This document shows positions 40,770 through 51,111 of a stretch of DNA of 64,000 nt, in pieces. The stretch is from Candidatus Latescibacterota bacterium. Its GTDB lineage: Bacteria; Latescibacterota; UBA2968. The translations under genes and the position numbers were made by a program. Below the pieces are notes generated by a model. That model did no database searches, was not told where the DNA came from, and was given only the letters and a program-made list of their open reading frames with translations. The DNA is taken from the NCBI GenBank assembly GCA_965207885.1, contig OZ242311.1, forward strand, positions 2,624,001 to 2,688,000, read 5' to 3'. Position 1 is the first letter of the stretch. Each line of letters opens with the position of its first letter.

Positions 40770-42494
40770 ATGCAGGAAGGCAACGGTCAGGAAATGGACG
40801 CGCTTTGGGGCGAAGATGTCATTGCACTGCGCGCTGAAAATGCAGAACGGGGGCAACTCTTTAATGATGGCAATTACGCGATGTTTATCCACTGGGGTCC
40901 GTATGCTCAACTTGCCAACAAAGTCGATGGCAAAACGTACTACGGCATTGGCGAATGGATCATGAACCCGCGCATGGCCAATATTCCGGTCGAGGAATAT
41001 ATGGAAATGGCGAAAACCTTTAACCCCGTCAATTTTGATGCAACAGAAATAGCACAACTGGCCAAAGACGCGGGCATGAAATACATCATTATTACCAGCA
41101 AGCACCACGATGGTTTTGCTATGTATCGCTCAGCCTGCAACGACTTTAACATTGGTACAGTTACCCAATTTAATCGCGACCCCATGAAAGAACTCGCTGG
41201 GGCCTGCAAAAAACTCGGTCTCGGATTTGGATTCTACTACTCCCACAATCAGGACTGGACTTTTCCAGGTGGTGCAAACGGGCCAGACACAGATGCCGAT
41301 GGCAACCCGGCCACCTTCGACGATTATTTTGTCAAAAAATGCCTGCCACAGGTCGAAGAAATCACCAGCCAGTACGGCCCCATCGAACTCATCTGGTTTG
41401 ACACACCCGGACAAATGCCCAAAAAGTACATTGAGCAACTCATCGAAGTCGTGCGCAAAAACCAACCCAATGCGCTCGTTTCAGGCCGCGCCGGGCACGG
41501 GCTGGGTGACTACAAGACGCTGGGTGATATGGATGTGCCATCCACCAATGTTGACGGTATGTGGGAAAGCGTCGATACTACCAACGACTCCTGGGCTTTT
41601 GCCTGGTACGATGAATACTGGAAAACACCCAAAGAAATTCTTCGCCGCCTGATCTCCTGTGTTGCCAGAGGTGGCACTTACATGCTCAACATAGGTCCCC
41701 GCGGTGACGGTTCAATACCCGAAAGAGCTGCCCGCACTTTACGCGCTGCTGGCGAGTGGATCAAGCGCTATCCCCAGGTCGTTTATGGTACCGATGCATC
41801 ACCCTGGCAACATGCCCTGCCCTGGGGAGATGTGACGGTAAAAGACAACACGCTCTTTCTCTGCATTTTCAACTGGCCTGCCTCTGGCACACTTTATCTG
41901 CCAGGCCTCAAAACAGAAATCGAATCTGCATCCCTCCTCGGTGGCGATCAATCTACACCTTTTAGTAAAAAACACGGCTGGACCAGCTTTGAGCTATCGC
42001 CACAGGCACCCGAAAACCTGGTTTCAGTTCTTGAAGTCAAACTCAAGGGCACGCCGAAAGCCGATTCGACCTGGGCAATTGATCCCGAAATAGAGACCGA
42101 AATTTTTTCAGAAGCTGCGGTCGTTGAAAATGCCACATTGGCAAATCAACGCTGGATGGAAAAATTTGGAGAATGGAAACACGTCAGCCGTATCTACAAA
42201 TGGACGCCTGAAGGCAAAGCGACCTGGACGGTCAACGTTCTTGCGCCTGGAGACTACATCGTAGATCTCACCTATTCGGGTGAAGGACGTCTCGTCTGGG
42301 GGGTTAGTATTGAAAATGGTGAACACATTCAAAATCAGCAAAATTCGTCGCATAACTACCAGCGTTTTCCCATTGGCTGGATTAACTTTTTCGGGCCGGG
42401 TACTTACAAAATCAGCGTTTCCTGTCTCGAAGGCGATTTGAGCAAAGCCAGTCTAAAATCGATTCACTTCACTCCTGTTCACAGTATTCTCTAA
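40770..42494 (+). CDS. Alpha-L-fucosidase (GH29)
   Basis: MFIHWG.Y, TSKHHDGF, IWFD, LNIGP.GDG. Confidence 0.93.
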   Translation: MQEGNGQEMDALWGEDVIALRAENAERGQLFNDGNYAMFIHWGPYAQLANKVDGKTYYGIGEWIMNPRMANIPVEEYMEMAKTFNPVNFDATEIAQLAKDAGMKYIIITSKHHDGFAMYRSACNDFNIGTVTQFNRDPMKELAGACKKLGLGFGFYYSHNQDWTFPGGANGPDTDADGNPATFDDYFVKKCLPQVEEITSQYGPIELIWFDTPGQMPKKYIEQLIEVVRKNQPNALVSGRAGHGLGDYKTLGDMDVPSTNVDGMWESVDTTNDSWAFAWYDEYWKTPKEILRRLISCVARGGTYMLNIGPRGDGSIPERAARTLRAAGEWIKRYPQVVYGTDASPWQHALPWGDVTVKDNTLFLCIFNWPASGTLYLPGLKTEIESASLLGGDQSTPFSKKHGWTSFELSPQAPENLVSVLEVKLKGTPKADSTWAIDPEIETEIFSEAAVVENATLANQRWMEKFGEWKHVSRIYKWTPEGKATWTVNVLAPGDYIVDLTYSGEGRLVWGVSIENGEHIQNQQNSSHNYQRFPIGWINFFGPGTYKISVSCLEGDLSKASLKSIHFTPVHSIL

Positions 42495-42514
42495 ATCCAT
42501 TGCAGGAGATACAG

Positions 42515-43978
42515 ATGACACAGGACTTCACAGAACAAAACAGATCTTTAACGCTCGGCAAAGGTGTCAATACCGATTTTACCGCAACTGAAGTAAACAA
42601 AGTCTCCTATGATAAAGGCTTTTATATTGCGTTCAAAGAAGCCGGATTTGATTCCGTCCGTTTCTTTATTAAACAGGGCTGGAATCCGGAATTCTATAAA
42701 CCGGCAGTTGACGATGCGTTGGAACTCGGCTTAAAAGTCATCCTTGTTCCTTTTTCGATGTATTGTTGGGGAAAAGAAAGCCTTGTACAGTGGTGGGGTG
42801 AAGTTGCGGAATATTATGGAGACTATCCTGCCGAGTTGATTTTTGAAGCTTTTAACGAACCCAAAATGGCAGGACACCCCGACGGAGAAGAAGCTGAAAC
42901 CATGGCATGGTATTCTGCGTGTATCCAGGAAATTCGCAGATCAAATCCAACGAGATTGATAGCCGTTGGTGGGCCGCATTTTAATGGCGTGCAGCTGCTC
43001 ACGAAATATGTAACACCGGAGTATCTTTCATATACGCTCCAGGATGGAACCAGTTTTGCCGATGACCCCAATATTTGGGGCGTTTTTCATTGTTATCACC
43101 CCAAACCTTTTACCCACGGTGCAATAGACCAGGATATCAACAAAGATCATCCAGGCTGGCGAGAAACCATACTTGCAGATTTGGAAGAAGCAGACGCGTG
43201 GTCAAAAAAACACAACAAAAAGGTCTATCTCAGTGAATGGGGCGCACGTCTTAATCATGAAATAAGGCATGTTGAAGAATACACGGGCTTTATGGTACCT
43301 GAGCTTGCCAAAAGAAATATTGAATGGTCGTACTACTGTGGTGTATTCAATAATGCCTGGCCCTACGGACTGTATAATTCAGAATGGGGATTTGCAGGTG
43401 TTGAAGGTGTGGTAAAAAATTTGACCGGAAAAGAACCGCCGGCAGAAGTCCCGCCTACCAACCAGATCGTCAATTCGGACTTTCAGCTCGATTTGGCAGA
43501 CTGGAACGCATCCGAATATGCCATTATGGGGACTGCTGACGGACAAGGTGTAGATGGAACACGGGCCATCAGAGTGCATGTGCCTTTTACCTTTGACCCC
43601 GACGTGGGGCGCGGGGTGATACCGTCGCTCTATCAGCAATACGAGCCGGACTGGAAGTTTCGCGTAAGGGGAAAAGTACAGGCAAATAAGTACACTATCC
43701 AACTCCGGGAAGGCAGCATATACCAGATCTCGTTTTACGCGAGATGCGAAGTCGGTACCGCGCGGTTGCACATTCAGCTTGGTCACGCCCCCGAAAATGA
43801 CCCCGTCATCTGGACCTCTGAAGAAATAACTGTAGATAGCAAACTGAAAAAATACGAACTCGAGTACGAACATGCCGTCCAAGCGGTCAGAAACGTCCGC
43901 TTCTCTTTTATCTTCCTCGACCGTCATTCAGAGATCCTTCTCGACCAGATTGAACTGCGCGGCCGAAGACCTGAATAA
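42515..43978 (+). CDS. GH5-like glycoside hydrolase with a C-terminal CBM4/9-like module
   Basis: AGFDSVR, NEP acid/base, HCY, SEWG nucleophile; IVNSDF and Y.ISFYAR in the C-terminal domain. Confidence 0.82.
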   Translation: MTQDFTEQNRSLTLGKGVNTDFTATEVNKVSYDKGFYIAFKEAGFDSVRFFIKQGWNPEFYKPAVDDALELGLKVILVPFSMYCWGKESLVQWWGEVAEYYGDYPAELIFEAFNEPKMAGHPDGEEAETMAWYSACIQEIRRSNPTRLIAVGGPHFNGVQLLTKYVTPEYLSYTLQDGTSFADDPNIWGVFHCYHPKPFTHGAIDQDINKDHPGWRETILADLEEADAWSKKHNKKVYLSEWGARLNHEIRHVEEYTGFMVPELAKRNIEWSYYCGVFNNAWPYGLYNSEWGFAGVEGVVKNLTGKEPPAEVPPTNQIVNSDFQLDLADWNASEYAIMGTADGQGVDGTRAIRVHVPFTFDPDVGRGVIPSLYQQYEPDWKFRVRGKVQANKYTIQLREGSIYQISFYARCEVGTARLHIQLGHAPENDPVIWTSEEITVDSKLKKYELEYEHAVQAVRNVRFSFIFLDRHSEILLDQIELRGRRPE

Positions 43979-43996
43979 GCCGAGGAGACGGTTTTT

Positions 43997-45457
43997 ATGT
44001 CAACTTTAGAAAAAACCAATATCGTTTTTATTCTCGCCGATGACATGGCTGTTTGGGCGGCGGGTTGTTATGGCAATGCAGAAATTCGAACGCCAAACCT
44101 CGACCGCATGGCGGCAACAGGCGTGCGGTTTGAGAATTTTTTTGTGACGATTCCAGTGTGTTCGGCCAGCCGGGCTTCTTTTTTGACCGGGCGAATTCCG
44201 TCTCAGCACGGCGTTCACGATTTTATTGCGGGTCAGGTCAATTTTGGGACTACAGGACAGAGTTTTCTCGATGGTGAAGTTTGTTACACAAATATTTTGG
44301 CTGACAATGGGTGGGCATGTGGTCTGTCGGGCAAATGGCATTTGGGCAATTCGTCTCTTCCGCAATGTGGGTTTTCTCACTGGTTTGCGCATCCGGGTGG
44401 GGCGGGCGTTTATAACGATCAGGAAATGATACGCGATGGTGTGACAGAGGTTGTGCCCGGTTATGTGACGCATGTGATTACGGATGATGCGCTTGAATAT
44501 ATCGATGCTCATGCAGAAGATGAAAATCCATTTTATCTGAGTGTTCATTATACTGCGCCACACGCGCCGTGGATCGGTCATCCTCAGGATATTGTGGATT
44601 CTTATGATGACTGTGCGTTTGAGACGTGCCCACAGGAACCACTCCATCCCTGGGCAAAGGTGCCTGAGGATGATGCAGATCTGCCAGCTCGGTCAATGAG
44701 AGGGCTGAGCAATAACCTGGGGCAGCGCGAAAGTTTGAAGGGATATTTTGCGGCGGTGACTGCGATGGATCTGGATGTGGGGCGGATTTTGGACAAGCTG
44801 GAAGAAAAGGGTTTGCGCGAAAATACGCTTGTGGTGTTTACTTCTGACAATGGGTATTCGTGCGGGCAACATGGATTTTGGGGTAAAGGCAATGGAACTG
44901 ATCCGGTGAATATGTATGAGAATTCGATTGTGGTGCCTTTTTTGGCTACGCACCCGGGTGTGATTCCAGAAGGCACGGTGCAATCGGCGCTGGCTTCGGC
45001 TTATGATATTTTGCCCACGTTTTTGGACTATGTTGATCTTCCGCTTCCCGATACGAATTTGCCAGGCCAATCGCTGGTTCCAGTGTTGAAAAATGAGTGT
45101 GCAAAAGGTCGTGACAGTGTTGTCATTTACGATGAGTATGGTTATTGCAGGATGATTCGGACCGCTGAGTGGAAATACATCCATCGTTATCCAGATGGAC
45201 CAAATGAGCTTTACGATGTTGTGAAGGACCCCGATGATCGCAACAATTTAATTGATGACCCGGCACAGGCTGATCGCGTGAAAGATCTCAAAGGAGAGAT
45301 GGAAACGTGGTTTGAGAAATATGTGATTCCCGATATCGATGGCCGCATATACAATGTGAAGGGTTCTGGCCAGTTGCGGCCTGTGGGTAGAAAATGGGAA
45401 GATGGAAAAGAACCGTTTGCAGAGGCTGTAATCAGGATACCAGTGAGAAATGAGTGA
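43997..45457 (+). CDS. Sulfatase (CxAxR variant)
   Basis: NIVFILADD, CSASR, GKWHLG, SDNG. Confidence 0.9.
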   Translation: MSTLEKTNIVFILADDMAVWAAGCYGNAEIRTPNLDRMAATGVRFENFFVTIPVCSASRASFLTGRIPSQHGVHDFIAGQVNFGTTGQSFLDGEVCYTNILADNGWACGLSGKWHLGNSSLPQCGFSHWFAHPGGAGVYNDQEMIRDGVTEVVPGYVTHVITDDALEYIDAHAEDENPFYLSVHYTAPHAPWIGHPQDIVDSYDDCAFETCPQEPLHPWAKVPEDDADLPARSMRGLSNNLGQRESLKGYFAAVTAMDLDVGRILDKLEEKGLRENTLVVFTSDNGYSCGQHGFWGKGNGTDPVNMYENSIVVPFLATHPGVIPEGTVQSALASAYDILPTFLDYVDLPLPDTNLPGQSLVPVLKNECAKGRDSVVIYDEYGYCRMIRTAEWKYIHRYPDGPNELYDVVKDPDDRNNLIDDPAQADRVKDLKGEMETWFEKYVIPDIDGRIYNVKGSGQLRPVGRKWEDGKEPFAEAVIRIPVRNE

Positions 45458-46676
45458 GATTGAGTTCAGGCGAGCGATGGTAGGGGATGTGGAGGAGGTC
45501 CTTCGCGTAATGGCGCAGGCGTTTGGGAGGGCGCCGGGATCGGAGAAGTACGAGCGCGACAAGGAGAGAATTACGAGGGAGACTGACGCGCATTGGGTGC
45601 TTGTGCGAGAGGGGGAGATCGTCGGGGCGGCGCATGTTCGGCGGGAGGAGATTCAGGTGGGGCAGGCGGTCGTGGCCAAGGCAGATGTCGGGGAGGTGTG
45701 TATCGCGCCGAGTTGCCAGGGGGAGGGGCTTGGGACGGCGTTGATGAAGATGGTGGTGGGGCAGTTGCGGGCGGATGGGTATCCCCTGTCGCGGCTGGGC
45801 GGGTATCGGCGGTTCTACGAGCGGTTCGGGTGGGTGCCATTTCCGCGGGGCTACATCGACTTCGCGCTGCGGGGATTGACGTCGCGGGGCGGGTTCACCG
45901 ATCCGGTGAGCTACCTGGATCGGCCGGAGGAGGATGCGCGGATTCGGACGTACGATGGATGTCGGGATGCGGCGGCGTGCGAGGTGCTTTACGCGGCGTT
46001 CAACGCGGGGCGGACAGGGGCTGAGCCATCGCGGTCGTTTGGAGCGGGCGCCGGGAATCTGTGGCGAGTGGTATATGAGGTGGACGGAGCGATCCGGGCT
46101 TACGTTTTCGCGTCACAGAACGCGCCGCCTTATACGCGGTTTTCGTCGTCGGTGTCGATCTCCGACGGGGCGTGCGATCCGGGTGATACGCGACCGCTTG
46201 GCGCAACGCTGCGATACGTTCTGCGTCAGGCGGCGATCGCGGGGGCGGAATCGGTCCGGGCGCGGCTGCCGCTGGACCCGTCGCTCTACGATCTGTATCG
46301 GGATTCGAGCTGCGGGTTCGTGCCGTCGCTCTGGCAGTCGTCGGAAGGCGGGAATATGCTGCAGGTGCTGAGTCTGAGGGGGCTGCTTGAGGCGATTGCG
46401 CCGGAACTGACGGAGCGGCTGCGGAAGGCGGAACAGGGGACGGGCGAGATCGGTCTTCGCGTGCGGGGAGAGACGGTTGGATTGGCGTGGGATGGGGAGC
46501 GGTTGACAGTGGGAGAAGGGAAAGGGGATTGGGTGGAGCTCGGGCAGGATGGGGTGATGAAGATGGTGCTGGGGTTGGTGCCGGTGGAGCAGGTCGTGAA
46601 AGGAGAGAGGGAGGATGTGGCTATGCTGAGGGCGGCGTTTCCGGTACAGGGGACGGCGACGGGGGTTTGGGGGTGA
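45450..46676 (+). CDS. Eis-like tandem GNAT acetyltransferase with a sterol-carrier-like C-terminus
   Basis: V...P..QG.GLG..LM, FYERFGW; about 400 aa three-domain layout. Confidence 0.78.
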   Translation: MSEIEFRRAMVGDVEEVLRVMAQAFGRAPGSEKYERDKERITRETDAHWVLVREGEIVGAAHVRREEIQVGQAVVAKADVGEVCIAPSCQGEGLGTALMKMVVGQLRADGYPLSRLGGYRRFYERFGWVPFPRGYIDFALRGLTSRGGFTDPVSYLDRPEEDARIRTYDGCRDAAACEVLYAAFNAGRTGAEPSRSFGAGAGNLWRVVYEVDGAIRAYVFASQNAPPYTRFSSSVSISDGACDPGDTRPLGATLRYVLRQAAIAGAESVRARLPLDPSLYDLYRDSSCGFVPSLWQSSEGGNMLQVLSLRGLLEAIAPELTERLRKAEQGTGEIGLRVRGETVGLAWDGERLTVGEGKGDWVELGQDGVMKMVLGLVPVEQVVKGEREDVAMLRAAFPVQGTATGVWG

Positions 46677-46719
46677 TGGACTACGCGAGATGAATAAAAT
46701 ATGGAGGCAAAAGATCAGT

Positions 46720-47592
46720 ATGTCATCAAACATCCACTTTGCTATGGGCGGCGCCATTTTCGGAGCCTTTACGACTGAATCCGTGAAGCTGATTGCTAAG
46801 CACGGTCTGCCGGGCGTCGAACCTTACCGCAGTGGCCTGATCGCCTGGCTCGACGATCCGCAAGCTCTGAAGGCCCTCCTCGACGAGCACGGTATTCGGC
46901 TCATTACCGCCTCAAACGGCGGGCCTGGTCAGTCGATGGCGTTCATTGATCGCTCAAAACGTCAGGAAACAATCGCCGACCACGTCGCTTTCTGCCGCGA
47001 TTTCCTGAAGGTCTTCGGCTGCACGCACTTCAAGATCAACATGGGGAGCCGCCCGCAAAACGGAACAACGGCGGATGACATCAAAGCGATCTCAGAGACT
47101 GTGTCAGAACTCGGCAAGCGAACGCTTGAGATGGGTGTGACGATCGCGCCACACCCGCATATCTGGGGGCCGATCGAGCGGCCAGAGGAAGTTCGCGCCC
47201 TTCTCGATCAGACCGACCCAGATATCGTGTCCTGGATTCCCGACACCGCACAGCTCAACCTCGGAGGAGGCGATCCCGTTCAGCTCATCGACGATTATTA
47301 CGACCGACTGGCCGCCGTCCATTGGAAGGATTCGAAGGCGTCGTATCGCGGTTATACTGGCCCGACACCGACGAAGGAGATGCACGCGGAGGAGATTCTG
47401 TACAAAGATCTGGGGTCCGGCGGCGTCGATCACCCTGCGATTTGGGCCATGCTGAATGCGCGAGGCTACGACGGATGGATCACGCTCGATCTCGATCCTC
47501 CGCGTCCAAACGAAGGCGAAGGTTCAGTTGATGACAAAATAGGGATCAACTGTAGATATCTGATGGAAACATTGAAAGTTTCCCGCTTTTAG
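46720..47592 (+). CDS. Sugar phosphate isomerase/epimerase (IolE-like)
   Basis: HPH.W..IE, DTAQL..GG.DP, HWKD, LG.G.VD. Confidence 0.82.
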   Translation: MSSNIHFAMGGAIFGAFTTESVKLIAKHGLPGVEPYRSGLIAWLDDPQALKALLDEHGIRLITASNGGPGQSMAFIDRSKRQETIADHVAFCRDFLKVFGCTHFKINMGSRPQNGTTADDIKAISETVSELGKRTLEMGVTIAPHPHIWGPIERPEEVRALLDQTDPDIVSWIPDTAQLNLGGGDPVQLIDDYYDRLAAVHWKDSKASYRGYTGPTPTKEMHAEEILYKDLGSGGVDHPAIWAMLNARGYDGWITLDLDPPRPNEGEGSVDDKIGINCRYLMETLKVSRF

Positions 47593-47779
47593 TGTGTCAA
47601 TCCCGGTATTTGGCTTGTTTTGTTATCCCTTTTATCTTTACGTTTAGATATCTTAATGGCCAGGCTGTTGCAAGGCAATGGTCACTTGACAAGTTGCAGA
47701 CACAGATAGGCGCAAGCAGGATCGCAACCCGCCTCACGCACGGCACAATCTGCTGACTGCAAAGAAGGAGACTTGCATC

Positions 47780-49354
47780 ATGCGTTTCTTCAACACCGCT
47801 GGCCCGATCAAGCCCGAGAGACACTATTGTATCCCGCCTCTGGAACGCTTAAATATGAACGAGGTGCTCGCACTCATCCGAGACGAGAAATACTTTGTCT
47901 TGCACGCGCCTCGGCAGACGGGCAAGACTTCTGCTTTGCTGGCTCTGCGCGATCTGCTCAACGCTCAGGACACCTATCGCTGTGTGTACGTCAACGTTGA
48001 AGGTGGACAGGCCGCGCGCGAAGATGTGGAACTGGTGACGCGCACCTTTCTGGGTGAGTTGGCATCTCGGGCGCGTTCAGTAGGTGACGAATTTTTGGAC
48101 GAGATCTGGTTCGACATCCTGGCGAAATACGGGCCTCACTCTGCACTGCGCGAGGCGTTGATGCGCTGGGCACAGGTTGCCCCGAAGCCATTGGTGCTGC
48201 TCATTGACGAGATCGATGCTCTGATCGGCGATTCTCTGCTGTCCGTGTTGCGGCAGTTGCGATCTGGCTATGACCGTCGCCCGGAGGGTTTTCCACAAAG
48301 CGTAATATTGTGTGGCGTGCGCGATGTGCGCGACTACCGCATCCAATCAACGGCAGAGAATGCGATCATTGCCGGTGGCAGTGCGTTTAATATCAGAGCG
48401 CGATCTTTGCGCCTGGGCGACTTCTCGCGTGACGAGGTGCTCGCCCTGCTCAACCAGCATACGGATGAGACAGGACAGGTGTTCACTCCTGCTGCGTTGG
48501 AACTGATCTGGAGACAGACCCAGGGGCAGCCGTGGCTGGTCAACGCACTGGCGGAAGAAACCTGTTTCTATGGCGAAGCCGCAGAGGACCGGGGTATCTC
48601 AATTACTGCCAACGCCATCCGCGACGCCCGTGAGCAACTCATCTTGCGCCGAGAGATACACCTCGACCAACTCACCGACAAGTTGCAGGAGAAGCGCGTG
48701 CAGCGCGTGATTGAACCGCTGCTGAGTGGTGGAGAGGACAGCGACTTCTCCACGCGCGATCTCGAATACGTCCGCGACCTGGGTTTGATTGCATCCGAAG
48801 GTCCACTCCGTATTGCCAATCCGATCTATGCAGAAGTCGTCCCGCGCGAATTGACCTACGCAGCGCAGGTCGGGCTCAATGAGGACACAGCATGGTATGT
48901 CAATGCCGATGACAGCCTGAATGTGGTCAAACTGCTGACCGCGTTTCAGACCTTCTTTCGCGAGCACTCAGAGCACTGGGTTGAAAGGTTTCAGTACAGG
49001 GAAGCCGGTCCACAGTTGCTGTTGCAGGCATTTCTCCAGCGCATTGTGAACAGTGGTGGACGCATTGAACGGGAGTATGGTTTGGGACGTGGACGCACTG
49101 ATCTGCTCATCTTATGGCCGCAGGGCGATCAGACGCGCAAAATCGTGATTGAGTGTAAATTGCTCCACAAGAGTCTGGACCAGACCATTGCTGAAGGTCT
49201 GGAACAGACCGCGGAGTACATGGATCGGTGCGATGCAGAGGCGGGTCATCTGGTGATTTTTGACCGTCGCGCAGACAGGCGTTGGGAGGATAAGGTGTTC
49301 CACCGTCGCCGTGCGTCTGAAGGTGGTGTTGAGATAGACGTATGGGGTATGTGA
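47780..49354 (+). CDS. AAA ATPase with a C-terminal PD-(D/E)XK-like domain
   Basis: RFFNTAGP, Walker A APRQTGKT, Walker B LIDEID, REYGLGRGRTD...VIECK. Confidence 0.88.
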   Translation: MRFFNTAGPIKPERHYCIPPLERLNMNEVLALIRDEKYFVLHAPRQTGKTSALLALRDLLNAQDTYRCVYVNVEGGQAAREDVELVTRTFLGELASRARSVGDEFLDEIWFDILAKYGPHSALREALMRWAQVAPKPLVLLIDEIDALIGDSLLSVLRQLRSGYDRRPEGFPQSVILCGVRDVRDYRIQSTAENAIIAGGSAFNIRARSLRLGDFSRDEVLALLNQHTDETGQVFTPAALELIWRQTQGQPWLVNALAEETCFYGEAAEDRGISITANAIRDAREQLILRREIHLDQLTDKLQEKRVQRVIEPLLSGGEDSDFSTRDLEYVRDLGLIASEGPLRIANPIYAEVVPRELTYAAQVGLNEDTAWYVNADDSLNVVKLLTAFQTFFREHSEHWVERFQYREAGPQLLLQAFLQRIVNSGGRIEREYGLGRGRTDLLILWPQGDQTRKIVIECKLLHKSLDQTIAEGLEQTAEYMDRCDAEAGHLVIFDRRADRRWEDKVFHRRRASEGGVEIDVWGM

Positions 49355-49357
49355 TTT

Positions 49358-49489
49358 TTTGTCTTCGACGCCCCAGACCAGATGGTTGCCAACGGGGTCG
49401 AAATAAACTACACGGGCTTGCTGAAAACAGCACTCAAAACCGCTGGTATATTTGATCAATCAATCGTTATCGAGCATTTGAAGATTTAG
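49358..49489 (+). pseudogene. Start-less 43-codon C-terminal gene fragment upstream of the radical SAM gene
   Basis: Open frame FVFDAPDQMVANGVEINYTGLLKTALKTAGIFDQSIVIEHLKI* begins just after the AAA stop codon. Confidence 0.4.
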
Positions 49490-49544
49490 TTGGACAAGTC
49501 TGAAAGTGGGGGAGGGTGTCAGACGTGAAAGAGGACTTTTGTAA

Positions 49545-50540
49545 GTGTACATTCAGGTGAGGAGCGATATGTCAGACGAAGTAGAGTTTCTTTCAGATGT
49601 TTTATCGCGACCGTGGTTGTCAGAGGCGCAATTCAAAATTAGTGTAAGCCCTGCTGGATTACACTTTTTTGATCGGGCTACTGGAATCAATGTACTATTA
49701 GACGAGGTTGACCTGTCTCCCGATAATTGGTCTGCTGCACCGCGTCAGGTATCGATAGCATTGACAAATGTCTGCGATTTGGCTTGCGCTCACTGTTACG
49801 CCCCCAAGAATCCCGCAGCACTCGCTTTTGACCAAATAGCTGGTTGGCTTCAGGAGTTAGACGCAAATGGGTGTATCGGTGTGGGATTTGGGGGTGGCGA
49901 ACCGACTCTCTACCCAAGATGTGCCGAACTTTGTTCTTTTGCTATGAAGGAGACAAATCTGGCAGTGACTATGACGACGCACGCTCATCGCTTGAGCGAT
50001 CAAATGCTCACTGAACTCAACGGCAACCTGAATTTTGTGAGGGTGAGTATGGATGGAGTAGGCACAACATACGAATCAATCCGTAGCAAATCTTTCGATA
50101 CCCTAATTGACCGCATCAAGGCACTAAGTAGGATAGTGCCGTTTGGTATCAATTTTGTAGTCAACTCGAGCACTATAAGAGATCTCCAATACGCGACTAA
50201 ATTAGCTGCAAAGCTTGGTGCCTCCGAGTTTTTGTTGCTACCTGAAGTACCAGTGAGAAATCGCCAAGGCATTGACAATGAAACCGTTGAAAAATTACAA
50301 GAATGGGTCAGAGGCTATCGCGGTAGCGTTCCTCTCTCAGTCAGTGAAACTGGATTGGAAGGCCTTCCAACATGTGATCCACTCTACGCGGAGACTGGGT
50401 TGGACGCGTTCGCGCACATTGATGCCTCTGGCTTGTTGAAACGCACCTCTTTTGATGCATTTGGAATTTCGATTGGCGAGAGTGGCGTGTTGGTAGCTCT
50501 AAACATTTTGAAATCTAAAACCAAAAGGGCAGGCACATGA
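49545..50540 (+). CDS. Radical SAM protein (single domain, no SPASM)
   Basis: CDLACAHC, GGGEP, RVSMDG, INFVVN; the true start may be the ATG at 49569. Confidence 0.92.
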   Translation: MYIQVRSDMSDEVEFLSDVLSRPWLSEAQFKISVSPAGLHFFDRATGINVLLDEVDLSPDNWSAAPRQVSIALTNVCDLACAHCYAPKNPAALAFDQIAGWLQELDANGCIGVGFGGGEPTLYPRCAELCSFAMKETNLAVTMTTHAHRLSDQMLTELNGNLNFVRVSMDGVGTTYESIRSKSFDTLIDRIKALSRIVPFGINFVVNSSTIRDLQYATKLAAKLGASEFLLLPEVPVRNRQGIDNETVEKLQEWVRGYRGSVPLSVSETGLEGLPTCDPLYAETGLDAFAHIDASGLLKRTSFDAFGISIGESGVLVALNILKSKTKRAGT

Positions 50541-50803
50541 AAATATGGCAGGCGTATGGGTCGGAGCACTCGATGCGACTCGTAATGATCGGACGCTTTA
50601 GGACTGCTACTGACGCAAAGAAAACCCAGCAACTAATAGTGGAAATTGGAAAAGACAAAGATGGGAGAATTTTTCTACTCACCCCACACCCCGCTTTCTA
50701 TACCCATCCTGACAATTCTTTTAAATGGAAATGGAACGATCTACCAACGGACTCGCTGGAAAAGGCATTTAAGCAAGCCAGAGAAATATATTTAGGAAAT
50801 TAA
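50537..50803 (+). pseudogene. DUF6375-like N-terminus fused to an apparently unrelated AT-rich C-terminal fragment
   Basis: MKIWQAYGSEHSMRLVMIGRF recalled as the DUF6375 N-terminal motif; ATGA overlap with the radical SAM gene; composition shifts near 50640. Confidence 0.55.
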
Positions 50804-51111
50804 AAAAATGAATACAAAAACATCTATCTTATTTGCTTTAACAGGTCGGTCAAGTCCAATCACGCGAACGTATTTTCTCGTGTGACACCAGACCCACTGT
50901 ATCGGCATGCGAAGCCCAATCAGTGAGCGCGGATATGGATTTTTTGGTGCAGGCAGATATACAGGCCGATGAGTTTGTCTTGTCGGTCCATCCCTTTGCC
51001 CCTATTTTCAAGGGTGCTCTTTACTTGAATTTACATCATAACTCCGATCTGAATGACGACGGCGACCCTGATCCCAATTTTGCAATAGTAATGAAAAAAA
51101 AGGACAGAACG

